A stretch of DNA of 63,264 nt, filler included, from Reticulomyxa filosa (GCA_000512085.1; 15 parts of 15 records of this genome joined end to end with filler, not necessarily neighbours in it), one strand, 5' to 3'. Counted from the first letter of the whole stretch, positions 1 through 12,049 are shown. Made by a program: numbers and translations. The notes: generated by a model from the letters alone, not told the origin.

Positions 1-420
1 ATATATATGCATAATGCGATAATATGGCAATATCATCACAAACAGGTAGTTGATAAAATTAAAAAAGTTATTATCTTCATCATATTCAATTGATAATCCT
101 GTCTTTTCACAGAATAACAACTCATTAATTTTGTTTATTTTATCATTTCTTGCACAAAGCAATGATATTGTGCCTAAAATTAATTGGTAAAATATTATAT
201 TTAATAAATTGAAATCAAATAACTAGTAGTATTTGGATAATAGGTGATAAATAATAAATCTTTGTTGCTTCCACCAATTAATGCACGTGCTCCACGATAA
301 TCATAACATCTTCCAATGATAATTGGATGATTATGATTGTTTGTGAAAGGAATCCATTGATTGCAATTGTTTGCTTGATTTATAGTTACTGCAAACACTC
401 ACATATTTCATCATCAATGT
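1..420 (-). pseudogene. Kelch-like repeat family fragment
   Basis: NQWIPFTNNHNHPIIIG...ALIGGSNKDLLFITYYP matches NEWIPLTDNDNKPVII...AIIGGSNNNLLFIFYYP of the 3226-4326 exon. Truncated and interrupted. Confidence 0.65.
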
Positions 421-628
421 ATGTACAGTGTTCAAATAATGTAATATTCAATGGATACTCACAGATAAAATTTGAATTCATTTTTGAAGACAATTTAAAA
501 CTCCAAAGGAAAAGCTGTAAAGCGACATTGTAAAGCAATTTTAATTTCAAGTAGTCTGACAAACCCCTTTATGGATACAAAAAATCTAAGTACTTATCGT
601 CATCATCTAGGCGAAGATCAAGAGAAAA

Positions 629-1444
629 ATGGGAAATACTATCAGTAAAAAAGAGTTCTCAACACAGCAACTAGTAGTACGTTCATTTCAATACAGTCTT
701 CAGAAAAGTTGTCTTTTAAGGTTTAATTGCATTTGCTTTGAGATAAATCTTTCAGAAAAAGAAAAAATTAAAGTAATTATCCAATATTTGATTCGAATAT
801 TAAAGATTAAATTAGGATGGATCAATGATTTTGACAAAATTATTATTGATTATGTTATGTTATTTTAATGTAAAAAAAAAGTTCAAATATTTATTTGATA
901 TAATTTTGTCATTATTAAAACACAGGTGGTAATGGATATACAATTTGTTCAGGATCATATGATAAAACCATTTGTATATGGGATATTGAAACAAGTGAAC
1001 AATTGACTGTATTTAAAGGACATAAGTATTGGATTAATAGTGTAAAATATGGATCGAATGGATTATTAAATACAATATTGTCTGGGTCAGATGATTACAG
1101 TATTCGTTTGTGGGATATTCGATCTAGTCAACAAATTCAAATGTTTAATGGACATACAGATTATGTACGTGCTGTTGAATATTCACCGTTTGTAGTGGAT
1201 AATACTGAAGTTAGTGGTAATTCAAATGTGATATGTTCTAGATCATATGATAATACAATTCGTTTTTTGGGATATTCGATCAAATAAGAAGGAATTGTAC
1301 ATGATTTATGGAGCTGATGAAGATGGTGGAATTAGATCACTTAAATTGTTTGAATTGAAAAACAAAAATAGCAATGGAAAATCAAATAATTATTGTGGTA
1401 TTAATATATGTTACGGTTCAGTCAAAGGTAGCATTCGTGTTTAG
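629..1444 (+). pseudogene. WD40-repeat gene, shortened and frameshifted
   Basis: Short first exon, conserved 'GWINDFDKII' exon (743-853), then WD repeats (SGSYDKTICIWD, GH...SGSDDYSIRLWD). Frameshift in the T-run near 1263-1268. Confidence 0.75.
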
Positions 1445-2078
1445 GGAGAGACATCTTAACAATGAAGTTAAGATGTTAAATATTTTTTTGAAATTTATTT
1501 GTAAATAGTTGATTCTATTTGAATTGAATAATTAATAATCTTAACACAATATCATTGTTCAGTGAACACATAAGACGTAGCGACTAATCGATTATTTTTA
1601 ACTTTTTTTTATTTGATATACCACAGAGACAAATTAAGTATTTTCTCTTTGTGGAGTGAAAGCAAACGCTAAACACGCATCAGTAGAAAATTGTGGTATG
1701 GTGCAACTTTCAACCAAAAAACCTTTCAAAAATATTTTTTTCAGAGCCACTCCAGTTTCAGTAATAAAAAACTCTACTTGTTATCCTGAACTCTTCCAAA
1801 AATTTTTTCAAATTGTCCCAAACCGTTACAACTAAAACAAGTCAATGTATCACTTTCAACTCAGAACAAATTATTTTATAAAATTAAAACAAAAGCTGTT
1901 CTTATCTTATTACTTATAGTAAATGATAGTATCTAATTGCATTGGGGATTGAAATTTGATTTGATAATTGAATTGTTAATTTATCTAGCTTTTCTGCTTT
2001 GTTCCTTGAGGGAAAGAAACACGCTTCCATTTTTAACAAGTAAAATCAACGATTGTTGTCATATTGCAAATATTTTGT

Positions 2079-4326
2079 TTACAATACCTTCCATTTATGT
2101 ATTGTCCCGCTTTGAGAACAAAAAACAATAGTATTATTATCTGAAGAAATATCCATTCCAGTTATATTACCGGACTGTCCATCCATTTCCTGTATTATTA
2201 CTCCTAACCTTGTATCCCATAGCCGAACCATTGAATCTCTAAAACATGATATAATAATGTGTCTATCCGGAATATATTTTACATGATATCCTCCAGCATA
2301 ATTCGAATTCAATATCTTCACTTGTGTTCCTAGCTCCACGTCCCATATTCGAATTGTTCTATCGTCCGAAGATATAATATATTTGCCATCCGAAGAAAAT
2401 TGTGCCGTCATTACATAATCAGTATGTCCTCGCAATTTATATATTAATTCGCCTAATTCTATACTCCAAACGCTAATTGTGTCGTTCGTTAATACCCATA
2501 TAATTTGTCGACCATCCGGTGAAAATTGTACATCGTTTACATGATAATCTTCTCGAAAAATTTGGATTGTATGTCTAGATTGCACATCCCATAATCTTAT
2601 TGTTTTATCTTCTGAGCAAGATACAATAATCTTTCCATCTGGTGAAAATTGTGTTTTCATTACAGGTCTTTTATGTTGCGTTAATGTTGCTATTTCAGTA
2701 CCGGATTTTATGTCCCATAATCGAATGGTGTTATCATTAGAACAGGATACAATCATTGTTCCGTCTGGTGAAAATTGTGCATCTCTAACAAAACTTGAAT
2801 GTCCTCTTAATACTCGAATTTCTTTTCCAGATTCAACATCCCATATTTTAATTGTATGATCCTGTGAAGATGAAACAAGTGTAGCACCATCTGGTGAAAA
2901 CCGCACGCTATTTACAGCTCTAGTATGTCCTTGAAATACCATTGACGGCTTGTAAAATATTTGCTAACATTTGTGCAAGCATGTATGTTCTGTTATATCT
3001 GATTAAAAACAATGCACATTATATATATATGAACAAAAATATACCATAATATATCGTAAAATGATCACGTTAAAATCATCAATCCATCCTGTATTATTGA
3101 CTGATGACAAATGCATCCATTGTTCAATTATCATTTCAATTTCCTTTTTTTTCTTTTTTTTTTCAATTTGATGCAAATCCTTTAATAAAAAAAAATCATT
3201 GCCACATACAAAAAAATTACATAACTGTCAACTTTTTGACTTCCGGATTTTGTCTCATTTTTTTCCATTCCATTCTGCATTCTTCGATATCTCTCAGTTC
3301 TTTATCTTTCAACATCCATTGTTTCTCCATTTCTGTCTCTTTTTGTATCCATTCGCTCACCTGCGTTTTCATGTGGTATTCATTAGTTGTCCCAAAAATG
3401 TGTATAAAATGTTTGTCTTCGCTCATTATGGCAATGCAATCATCCAATGAAATTGGCAAACTCTTTTCATATTTCATCCATGTATTATCACTTAAATAAT
3501 ATCTGTAAATCTTTTTTAAAGTATCAGTGTCACTGCCCTCTTTGCCTCCAAAAAACAATATCAAGTCATTGAAGCGAACACATCCAGACGAACGGAATGA
3601 CTTAAAATTTTTATAAGTTCGTGCTTTATGATACTTAAAAATATTTTTGTCTTCATCATATCTAATTGACAGTCTTATATTTTGATCAAATACAATCATT
3701 TCATTAATTGATTCATTTGTCGCAAAACAACAACGTTCCATGGCATTGTCAATTGGCAATTTACTATTCTTTACATATTTAAATGTGTTCAAATTAAACA
3801 CACGAATTTTCTTTGGATAATAAAAGATAAACAACAAATTATTATTGCTGCCTCCAATAATTGCATTCATACCACAATCAATGATAACTGGCTTATTGTC
3901 GTTATCTGTCAAAGGTATCCATTCATTGTTTCGTTTTTTCGTGTTTTCATTCTCAACCTCCTTCTCATCGTCATCAGTATTCCAAACGCTCACATACTTC
4001 ATTGTCAATGTATATTTTTCATCAAATAAACCATATCCACCAAAAGATAACAATGTGATGTCATCTTTATCATTATTCTTGGTCACGCGCTTCACCACGC
4101 AGTGGTCATCAAATTTAGCCTTCTTCGGATAAGAACAAATAAATTTATACTGGTTTTTGAGGATATGATATGAATAACATGTGTAATATCTATAACTTCC
4201 ACAAATTATAATTTCATTTTTATGCACGACATATCGCATATCGTGAAGCGCAACAGGTAAAGGAGCCAACGTTTGAAAAGAGTCAGTCACATTCATTTGC
4301 TTTTCTTTCATGTCAGTTATCTCCAT
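2079..4326 (-). CDS. Kelch-like propeller plus WD40 propeller protein; 3 exons (4326-3226, ~3143-3045, 2963-2079), ~695 aa
   Basis: GT-AG phase-0 introns join the 369-aa ORF (GG-containing Kelch-like repeats) through the 'GWIDDFNVII' exon to seven WD40 repeats, with no stops. Confidence 0.8.
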
Positions 4327-4963
4327 CTTAATAAAAATGTGACAAGTGGATCTGTCCTTACTTTTATTTGTTCAAATAATTTAAAACGCTTAAAAATCTT
4401 TTTTCATTATGTTTGTCCCTGTACAAACGTTCAAGATTTGTACTTTTCATCGAGTTAAACTTTATACATTATTGCTTTTCCATAAAAAAAAATGAGTATG
4501 CATTGCGTTGAAATATTAAAAATGCATGATGGAATATTGCGTATTCTGTAATTTATTGTTTTGTTAGTTGTTTTTTCTTGCTGCCTTGCACAATAAATTT
4601 TACAAATTACTTATTCCAAACTTTGTTTTTTTGTCTCATAGCCCGTGGCGTTAGTTTTTTTCAAATATTAAATAAGTACATTGCATTTCCATGATTAACA
4701 CAAATACTATGAATGTGTATTTTTTGTTTTATTTCATTACAATTTGCACTTCTATTCCTCGGAACTTGTTTGTGGAGATTTTGTTCGAGTAAAAAGAATA
4801 ATTGATGAAAGAATAAGAATGGAAAAAGAATTGTTGCTAAAGCCTTGTTGTAGCATGTACAAGTTTCAAAGAATTCAAAATAAACTTGTAGTTGACAAAT
4901 CAACAAGGCTTTAATTTTGGTTTAAAAAAACAGAAATATTGTTACTTGTTTGTCTAAATGCTA

Positions 4964-6156
4964 TCATCGCCAGATTCGAATGGTGTTGTCATAAGAACAT
5001 GACGCAATTGTACTGCCGTCCGATGAGACATCAATTCCTGTTATCCAATGTGAATGGCCTTCCAATTTCTGTATTACATGTTGAGATTTTATATCCCACA
5101 GACAAATTTTATTATCATTTGAACACGATACAATAGTTTGACCATCTGGAAAATATTTCACATCATTCACAATATCGGAGCACTCTCCGAACTTTTTCAC
5201 TTCTTTTCCTGATTCTATATTCCATATTCGTATTGTTTTATCCCATGAACCGGACACAATAGATTGGCCATCCGGAGAAAACTTTGCACTCGTTACAAAG
5301 TGGTAATGCCCAAGTAATTGCTTTAATCTTTGACCTGATTTTGCATCCCATAAAGCAATAGTTTCATCATAAGATGACGATACAATCATTTGACCATCTG
5401 GTGAAAATTGAACATTCCGTATACTATCAGTGTGGCCTATCATTGTTTGAATCTCTTTGCCAGTATTCACATCCCATAGCCGTAGTGTCTTGTCGAGTGA
5501 ACATGACACAATATATTTACCATCTGGAGAAAAGTTTACATCCCACACTGAATCCACATGTCCTTCAAATTTCATTAATTTTTTTCCTGATTTTACCTCC
5601 CAAAGGAATATCATTTTGTCATCTGCACAAGATACAACAATATGTCCATCGGGGGAAAATCCTGCAGCGTCGGCGCAACTGGAATGTTCTTTGAAAATAT
5701 GAATTTGCTGTCCGGAAGAAACATCCCATATTCGTATCGTGTCATCGTTTGATGAAGAAACAATCTTGCGACCATCTGGGGAAAATCTAATAGAATTTAC
5801 TATGTTCTCGTGTCCTTCTAAAACTTTCAATAATTTAAAATATTTGGCCTGTTTTTAAATATTGATTGATTAACAATAACATAACGTTTTACTTCAACTA
5901 AAAAGATAAAATAAAGTAAAATGACGCAACATATTTGACAACAATTTTATCAAAATCATTAATCCACCCTAATTTAATATCCAAACTTCGAAGCCAATTT
6001 TGTATTATTACTTTTATCTCTTGTTCTGCCTATTTTTAGTTATTCGTAAAAAAAAAAAAAAAAAAACATGTTTTAATAACAAACACACTTGCGTGGACAC
6101 AGAAAGCTTACCAACTGTGGTGATACATTCTCCTTTTCGTTATTTTCAGTAGTCAT
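4964..6156 (-). CDS. WD40-repeat protein; 3 exons (6156-6112, 6029-5931, 5848-4964), ~342 aa
   Basis: Seven regular GH...FSPDG...D.TIR.WD repeats. Canonical phase-0 GT-AG introns. Confidence 0.9.
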
Positions 6157-6967
6157 TCTTTTCTCTATTTGGATTTGCTGCTAAAGGGCAAATCAATTCG
6201 GATGATTTAAAGTTGACGTTGAATTTGTTGAGCTTCATTGCTTTCCTTTTTTTTTTTGTGATAAACCTGTTTACATATTCCTTTATTCTGATCTCTCCTA
6301 ACTGTATTTAAATTAGCTCTCCTGCTACTCCATCTAAGTTGTTTTAAATTTTAAAAAATCTCGAGAAATTGCAAGTTAAAAAGAAATTTATCATAAAAAT
6401 AGTACTTTAAGAAGATATCACGTGCACTGGAGAAGAGCAAATTATAGCTTTCAAAGCAGTTAGAAAAGTCAAAAGATAAATATAGATCGTTTTTTTGTAG
6501 CATCATTATTTTCAACATCAAAACGATTGATATTACAATAAAAGAGGACGTGCTTCTCAAGTGTCTCCGAGATTATTTTTCACTATCAATTTAGTTTCTG
6601 TACAATTTTATAAGTCAAAAGTCATTCGTGTTAAGGACTACGTTATTGTGAAACAAATTTTTCACATTGCAAGTATGTGTTTAAAAAAAAACCTTAATCG
6701 CTGGGGGCATTTTTTCATTTGACACGTGTAGAGGCTCAGTCTAATTTATGAAACTTTTTGCGTGCTAGAATAGAAAGGCAAAACTTTTTCTGGAAGGTAA
6801 AACAAAAATGTTTGTTATTGTGTAAATAATGTCAGCCTTGGTTAACATATCGTCTGTCAAAAAAGAACGACAGACACCGAGATAATTTGTTATGTGTGGA
6901 ACATGTGCGCATGGTTGCGATATCATTTAGCTATTGAAATAAATCACAAGTTGTATATTCTTGTGAC

Positions 6968-8003
6968 TCACAATGATTTCCAAAGACGGATTGTTCGGTA
7001 GTGAGAATAAGATATGATTATATTACTATCTGCTGAAACATCAATTCCTATTACAAGGTCGGAGCGACCTTGCATTTTCTGTTTATCTACACCTAAGCGT
7101 ACATCCCATAATCGAACAGTATTATCTAATGAAGATGACACAATAGTTTGATGATCCGAAAGGAATTTTGCACTAGTTACCCTATCCGAATGTCCTTCAA
7201 ACTTTTTTACTTCCACAGCGGATTCCCAATCCCATATTCGAATAGTCCAGTCCAATGAGCTAGATATCACAAAGCGGCCATTTGAAGAGAACAGTGCAGT
7301 CATTGCATAACTCCGATGTCCTTCCAATACATTAATTTTTGTTCCAGAATTCCAATCTCAAATTGCAATTGTTGTATCTTCCGATGCCGATACAACCCGT
7401 CGACCATTGGGCGAAAATTGTACATCAAGCACCGCCCTTGAATGTCCCTCCATCTTTTGAATCTCTAATCCAGATTGTACGTCCCATATTCGAATTGTTT
7501 GATCATATGACCCAGATACAATACTTTTGCCATCTGGTGAAAACCGTGCATTTGTCACAGCACCTGAATGTCCCTCCAATTTTTTAATTTCTGTGTACGC
7601 TTTTGCGTCCCATAATCGAATAGTTTTGTCAATAGAGCATGATACAATCATAGTTTCATCTGTCGAAAATTGTACAATATTTACACAATCGGTATGTGCT
7701 CTCAGTACTTGCATCTGCTTTCCCGACATCACGTGAGCCCGAGATAACTTTGGCTCCATCTCGTGCAATTTGAGCATTACATATTTCGGCAGAATGTCCT
7801 TGAAGAGTTTTTAAAGGCTTGAAATATCTCATCTGTTTTATTGTAATTGCACTTTGCTTTTTTTTTTTTGCAAATTCAAAACAAATAAATTTGAATACCA
7901 GCATATATCGTGCAATGATATCATTAAAATCAGAAATCTATCCAAACTTGATAAATGACAATCGAATCCAATGATTGATTATTATTTCAATATCTATTCT
8001 TTT
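6968..8003 (-). pseudogene. WD40-repeat pseudogene
   Basis: Same exon layout as its neighbours, but two Trp positions are stops (~7939 and 7358) and there is a frameshift near 7730. The first exon is absent and the retroelement lies in its place. Confidence 0.85.
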
Positions 8004-8544
8004 CTTTGTTTGTTTTTTTTTTTGTAGTTGTTAAAATTGGCACACTTTATTTGCAAAAAAAAAAAAATATATAAACCCCTTTTGTCATCGATCAAGGGTA
8101 GACAGCGGAAGTGGCCAACAGATACCACAACTACTGACAAACGTTGTCAGTCTTACCACGAATCGCCACCATTCATTTAGTTCTCAGTCTGTCGAACCAA
8201 CTACATTTCTACACTGCAACATCCCAACATGCTTCAAACAACTAATTCACACAACAGTCAAGGCCTCGTATCGTAACTCGCGCATGACCACTGCGCAATG
8301 TGATATCTGCGATGTCGAGCTGCAAGATAGCGATCAGATCTTTCACTTCCCAATCAACGAAGACATCATCGGCCACAATCACGGGTATGATATGTGTAGC
8401 AACTGCGCCTCCAAGTCTGCTCCAAAACACTCACCGACACCACCACCATTCACCCAACAAAACCACCACACAACAAGTCCACCAAGGCAGAATACAATAC
8501 CAAACGATTCCCTCATCACCCCGCAACAACAAGCAAACCAAACC

Positions 8545-9527
8545 GTATACGTATACGCGCGGATTCGCCCAACTTTACCAACCAACAATCAATAACATTG
8601 CATCAAATGCACTAAAGAAACAATTACCACTTTGGGTCCACACAGCAAACACTATCCCTTTCGAGAAGTCTTCAACGAACATTCATCAAACTCCTTATGC
8701 AACACAGTAATCGATTCCATGCTACACAATGTCATGATGGGATTCAATGCCATGCTGTTCGTCTACGGCCAAACAGGAAGAGGAAAAACTTACTCGGTTA
8801 TTGTAGAACGACAGCCAGAAAACATTAGTATGCTTCCACACATGTTATTGTCAGCACTCAAGAAACCTTTCATCTCCTCAATATCATTAGCAGCAGTCGA
8901 AGTGTTCGGACATAGAACCCCACTAGTCGAATTTTTTGATCTACTTGACAACCGCAACCAAGACAACGATTGGACAAAGAAAATGTGTTCAACGTCAATC
9001 GATTCCGACCGGATCAGTAGGATTGCTATCGAAAACCCGAATGACGTATACGATCAAGTCAAACGCGCACGCCAAGCCTCACACATAGCACCAACAGGTA
9101 AAAATCCAGACTCATCTCGTGTGCATATCATCTACTTCGTTTCGATTACATCAAGTGATCCAAGCGAAAACACAGAATCAACTCGGTCATTCATAGTCGC
9201 TGACTGCGCAGGAAGCGAAGGAGAAAGCACGTTCAGCGAAGAATACATCCGCACAACCCAGGCCCAACACCGGAACGCTCGACAACGTGAGGCAGGCGTA
9301 ATTAACACTGGCCTATCCCAACTTCAAACAATGTTTGGCGAACTTCGAGAGCGCGGATGCCTGACTCAGACCAGAGGCAACGGCCTTCGTTGGATCATGC
9401 ACTCATTAGTTAATGTACGCACACAAATTACATAATCTTCACACTATCAGCAGCCGCCAGTAACTCAAAAGCAACTATCGCTACCTTAAACTTCGCCACG
9501 CAAGCCAAACTCGTCCGAGTACGGCCA
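8545..9527 (+). pseudogene. Divergent kinesin motor domain within the retroelement ORF
   Basis: VYVYARIRP (beta1), YPFREVF, GFNAMLFVYGQTGRGKTYS (P-loop, 8764-8793), NPDSSRVH (switch I, 9103-9126), ADCAGSE (switch II, ~9202-9219), REAGVINTGLSQL, and after a 1-nt frameshift IIFTLSAAASNSKATIATLNFATQAKLVRVRP (alpha6). One in-frame TAA at 8593. Confidence 0.9.
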
Positions 9528-9860
9528 GAACGAGTCGTTTCCTCCACGAAGAAACTCCACGCGATTGTACGCAATATCGAAACAACCAACGAAGCAAGGG
9601 AAAACAGCCGGTCTCCATCGACGGCAATCAAATCAATAATTAATTCATCAAACACAAACACAACTTACCCGCCTTCCAACGAATCACCAACACAAAATTA
9701 TACACTACAGCCCGACGAACAGCAACCCGACCCACATGCACATAAGCCTCCCATATTCGACAGTGACACCGATGACGACGCTGAACATCAAGCCCCATCC
9801 ACTCACCATCCAAATCATTCCAAGGCAAAACAGTATCACGACGTATACACTAAAGGAAAT

Positions 9861-11949
9861 TACTCGTGTACAGTCCCGTTCTGTTCGCAACAAGGAGTAA
9901 AGTGGGCATCGGACGTAAGCTTACACACACATGAACCTACACGCACAGGCAGGCGACATCACCAAATCCTACCTGCAGTTTTTCCGCCGGATCGTTTGTA
10001 TCCGTTGTCGCAGAACATGTGCCATGTCTCATTCACAGAATGGAATGCACAAGAAATGTCCAGTAGTCACAGAACGTGAACAGAATCAACATGATAATCA
10101 TCCACAACAGCGGCACGATCTAGCCATTGGCCAGGATGAAAAATGGGAAATCTCATCACCAGAAGCCATCGTTATACACAACGCAAGTCTACTACCACGA
10201 GCCCCGAAATGCATGATGGCAGAAATAGCCGCATGCGCATCAAAATGTCTACAAGACATAGTCAAACTCAATAGCAATACATCATGGAGTCGCTGGGCAA
10301 TGTTCATGCGAGTTATTATGTGGAAACCAAGTAACCGAGGTGGTACTCGCGAAACAAACCACACTATCGCAATTCTCCGCGAAATAATTCAGCGATGGAA
10401 ACAGAATGAACTGCAATCACTATGGACAGATTTTTGTAAACACTCGACAGTATTAACTAGAGCATCCCAACCCGCCAAATCCCCCACCAAAGCAAACAAC
10501 CAATACCTCTGCAAGCAGTTCGCTGCCCTTGGTGAATACCGTAAGGCGTGTAACGCATTGGCATTCGAAGGGAGATGCACGTATAACGAAGCCACAGTCC
10601 AAGCGCTAGTAGAAAAACACCCGCACGAAGAAGAACCCGACACAGAAACTGAAGCCTATTTGAAAGCCAAAAGAATCAAGTTAAGCCCCTTTACAGTCGA
10701 CGAATCTATATCTTATATCAAAGGCCTCAAACGCTCCTCTTCCGGAGGCCCAGATCTATTGGCAGCGCAACATCTCCTGGACTTCATCCCGTTCGAAATT
10801 GAATCATCCGTCCTTTCCAATTGGACCCAAGTCGCGCAACTCATCGGCGAAAACAAAATACACAAAGATGCCGCGGCCGTCGTTTACGGTGCACGACTAA
10901 TCGCAATCCCAAAACCTGACGGTTCCCCGAGACCAATCGCAATTGGTAACATGCTTCGACGAACAGCGGCCTCAATACTATTCGCACGCCACAAACCCGA
11001 AATCCAAAAAATCGTCGGCCCTCGTCAACTAGGAATCGAAGTCCCTTCCGGAATAGAAGCCTTCACCCATGGATTTAAGGCAGCAGTACGTTGGTCCAGT
11101 TCCCAAAACGAGAACATCGCAGTCAAAGTCGACTTTACAAACGCCTTCAACATCGTACGGCGTAAAAAATTATTGGAATTAATTCACACAAGATTACCGG
11201 AGCTCTTCCCATACGTAAGCGGATGCTACGGGCATCACTCACCACTATTTCTCATCACAGTAGAAATCGTCAAGTCAAGAACAGGCGTCCAACAAGGAGA
11301 TCCCCTCAGCTGCGCATTATTCGCAATCATTCTAGCCGACGCACTCGAGTCCGCTCTCAATGGACAGAATCACGTACTATACTGGGCAGCCTACCACGAC
11401 GATCTGACAATCGCTGGGAAGTACAACAACGTCTCTTCGGCATTGTCCTCATTACGTTCAATGGAATCATCCCATGGCCTGAAAGTCAATTTGGAAAAAA
11501 GTGTGTGGATCTCTCACTCGGCGCCGCCGTCAACTCACAGAGCAATTAAATTCAACTCTTCCTTCGAAACGACGTTAGCATGAATCGCCATTGGCACCCA
11601 GGCAATAACGGACAAGTTCATGGAAGAGCGTATCAAAGAAGTCGAAGCTTTATTCGACAAAATCCTGCAGCTGGACCATCTCCAAACATCACTACTGCTC
11701 ATCCGGTATTGTATGCAAATATCCAAAGTAAATTATTTTCTTCGCGTCAACTATACAACGGCTACATCCAAATGGGGCAAATCATTTGATAATGCACTTT
11801 ACAAAAGTATTGAACTACTCCTTTGCCGACCAATTACTGAAATTCAATAGAAGCAATGTCAATTACCTCTTAAGCAGGGTGGATTAAATCTGCGCACAAT
11901 CGAAGCTTATTCAAGCGCGACATTTCTTGCATCAGCTTCAGCGGCAACA
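9861..11949 (+). pseudogene. C2H2 zinc finger plus non-LTR reverse transcriptase (CRE-like), interrupted by a frameshift and two stops
   Basis: YSCTVPFC...SLHT(H)MNLH finger, then SSGGPD, RLIAIPKPDGSPRPIAIG, QLGI, VDFTNAFN, GVQQGDPL (QGDPL at 11293-11307), AYHDD (YHDD at 11392-11403), GLKVNLEKS, TLA*IAIG and Q*KQCQLPLKQGGLNL. Confidence 0.93.
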
Positions 11950-12049
11950 NNNNNNNNNNNNNNNNNNNNNNNNNNNNNNNNNNNNNNNNNNNNTTAATTA
12001 ATTAANNNNNNNNNNNNNNNNNNNNNNNNNNNNNNNNNNNNNNNNNNNN
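11950..12049. other. Artificial contig linker
   Basis: N44-TTAATTAATTAA-N44 (stops in all six frames). Confidence 0.97.

Larger units (their letters stand above)
8075..11949 (+). mobile_element. CRE-like non-LTR retrotransposon, decayed, with an N-terminal kinesin motor domain; 3' end lost at a contig break
   Basis: Intronless, visibly GC-richer and C/A-rich block. Frame 1 is open from before 8101 to TAA 8593 and continues in frame to ~9431. Frame 3 is open 9432-9930, then frame 1 runs 9931-11949 through TGA 11581 and TAG 11848. Kinesin, C2H2 and RT motifs occur in that order. The 5' boundary is approximate. Confidence 0.85.

Noticed and set aside
9931-11583. Prokaryotic RT system (retron, DGR, group II intron) or telomerase
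   Set aside because: C2H2 finger, GPD domain-0 motif, QLP..GGL motif, eukaryotic context and an RLE-bearing relative all indicate a non-LTR retrotransposon.
8593-11850. Stop-codon reassignment or programmed readthrough/frameshifting in the retroelement
   Set aside because: All three stop types occur and each is one substitution from a plausible codon (CAA, GGA, TGG). Host genes here end in TAA and TGA normally. Decay is the simpler explanation.
11950-12049. Recurrent TTAATTAATTAA motif flanked by Ns (14 times) as a biological repeat or array
   Set aside because: Identical 100-bp spacer with stops in all six frames. It is an assembly linker, and it also means gene order across linkers is not evidence.
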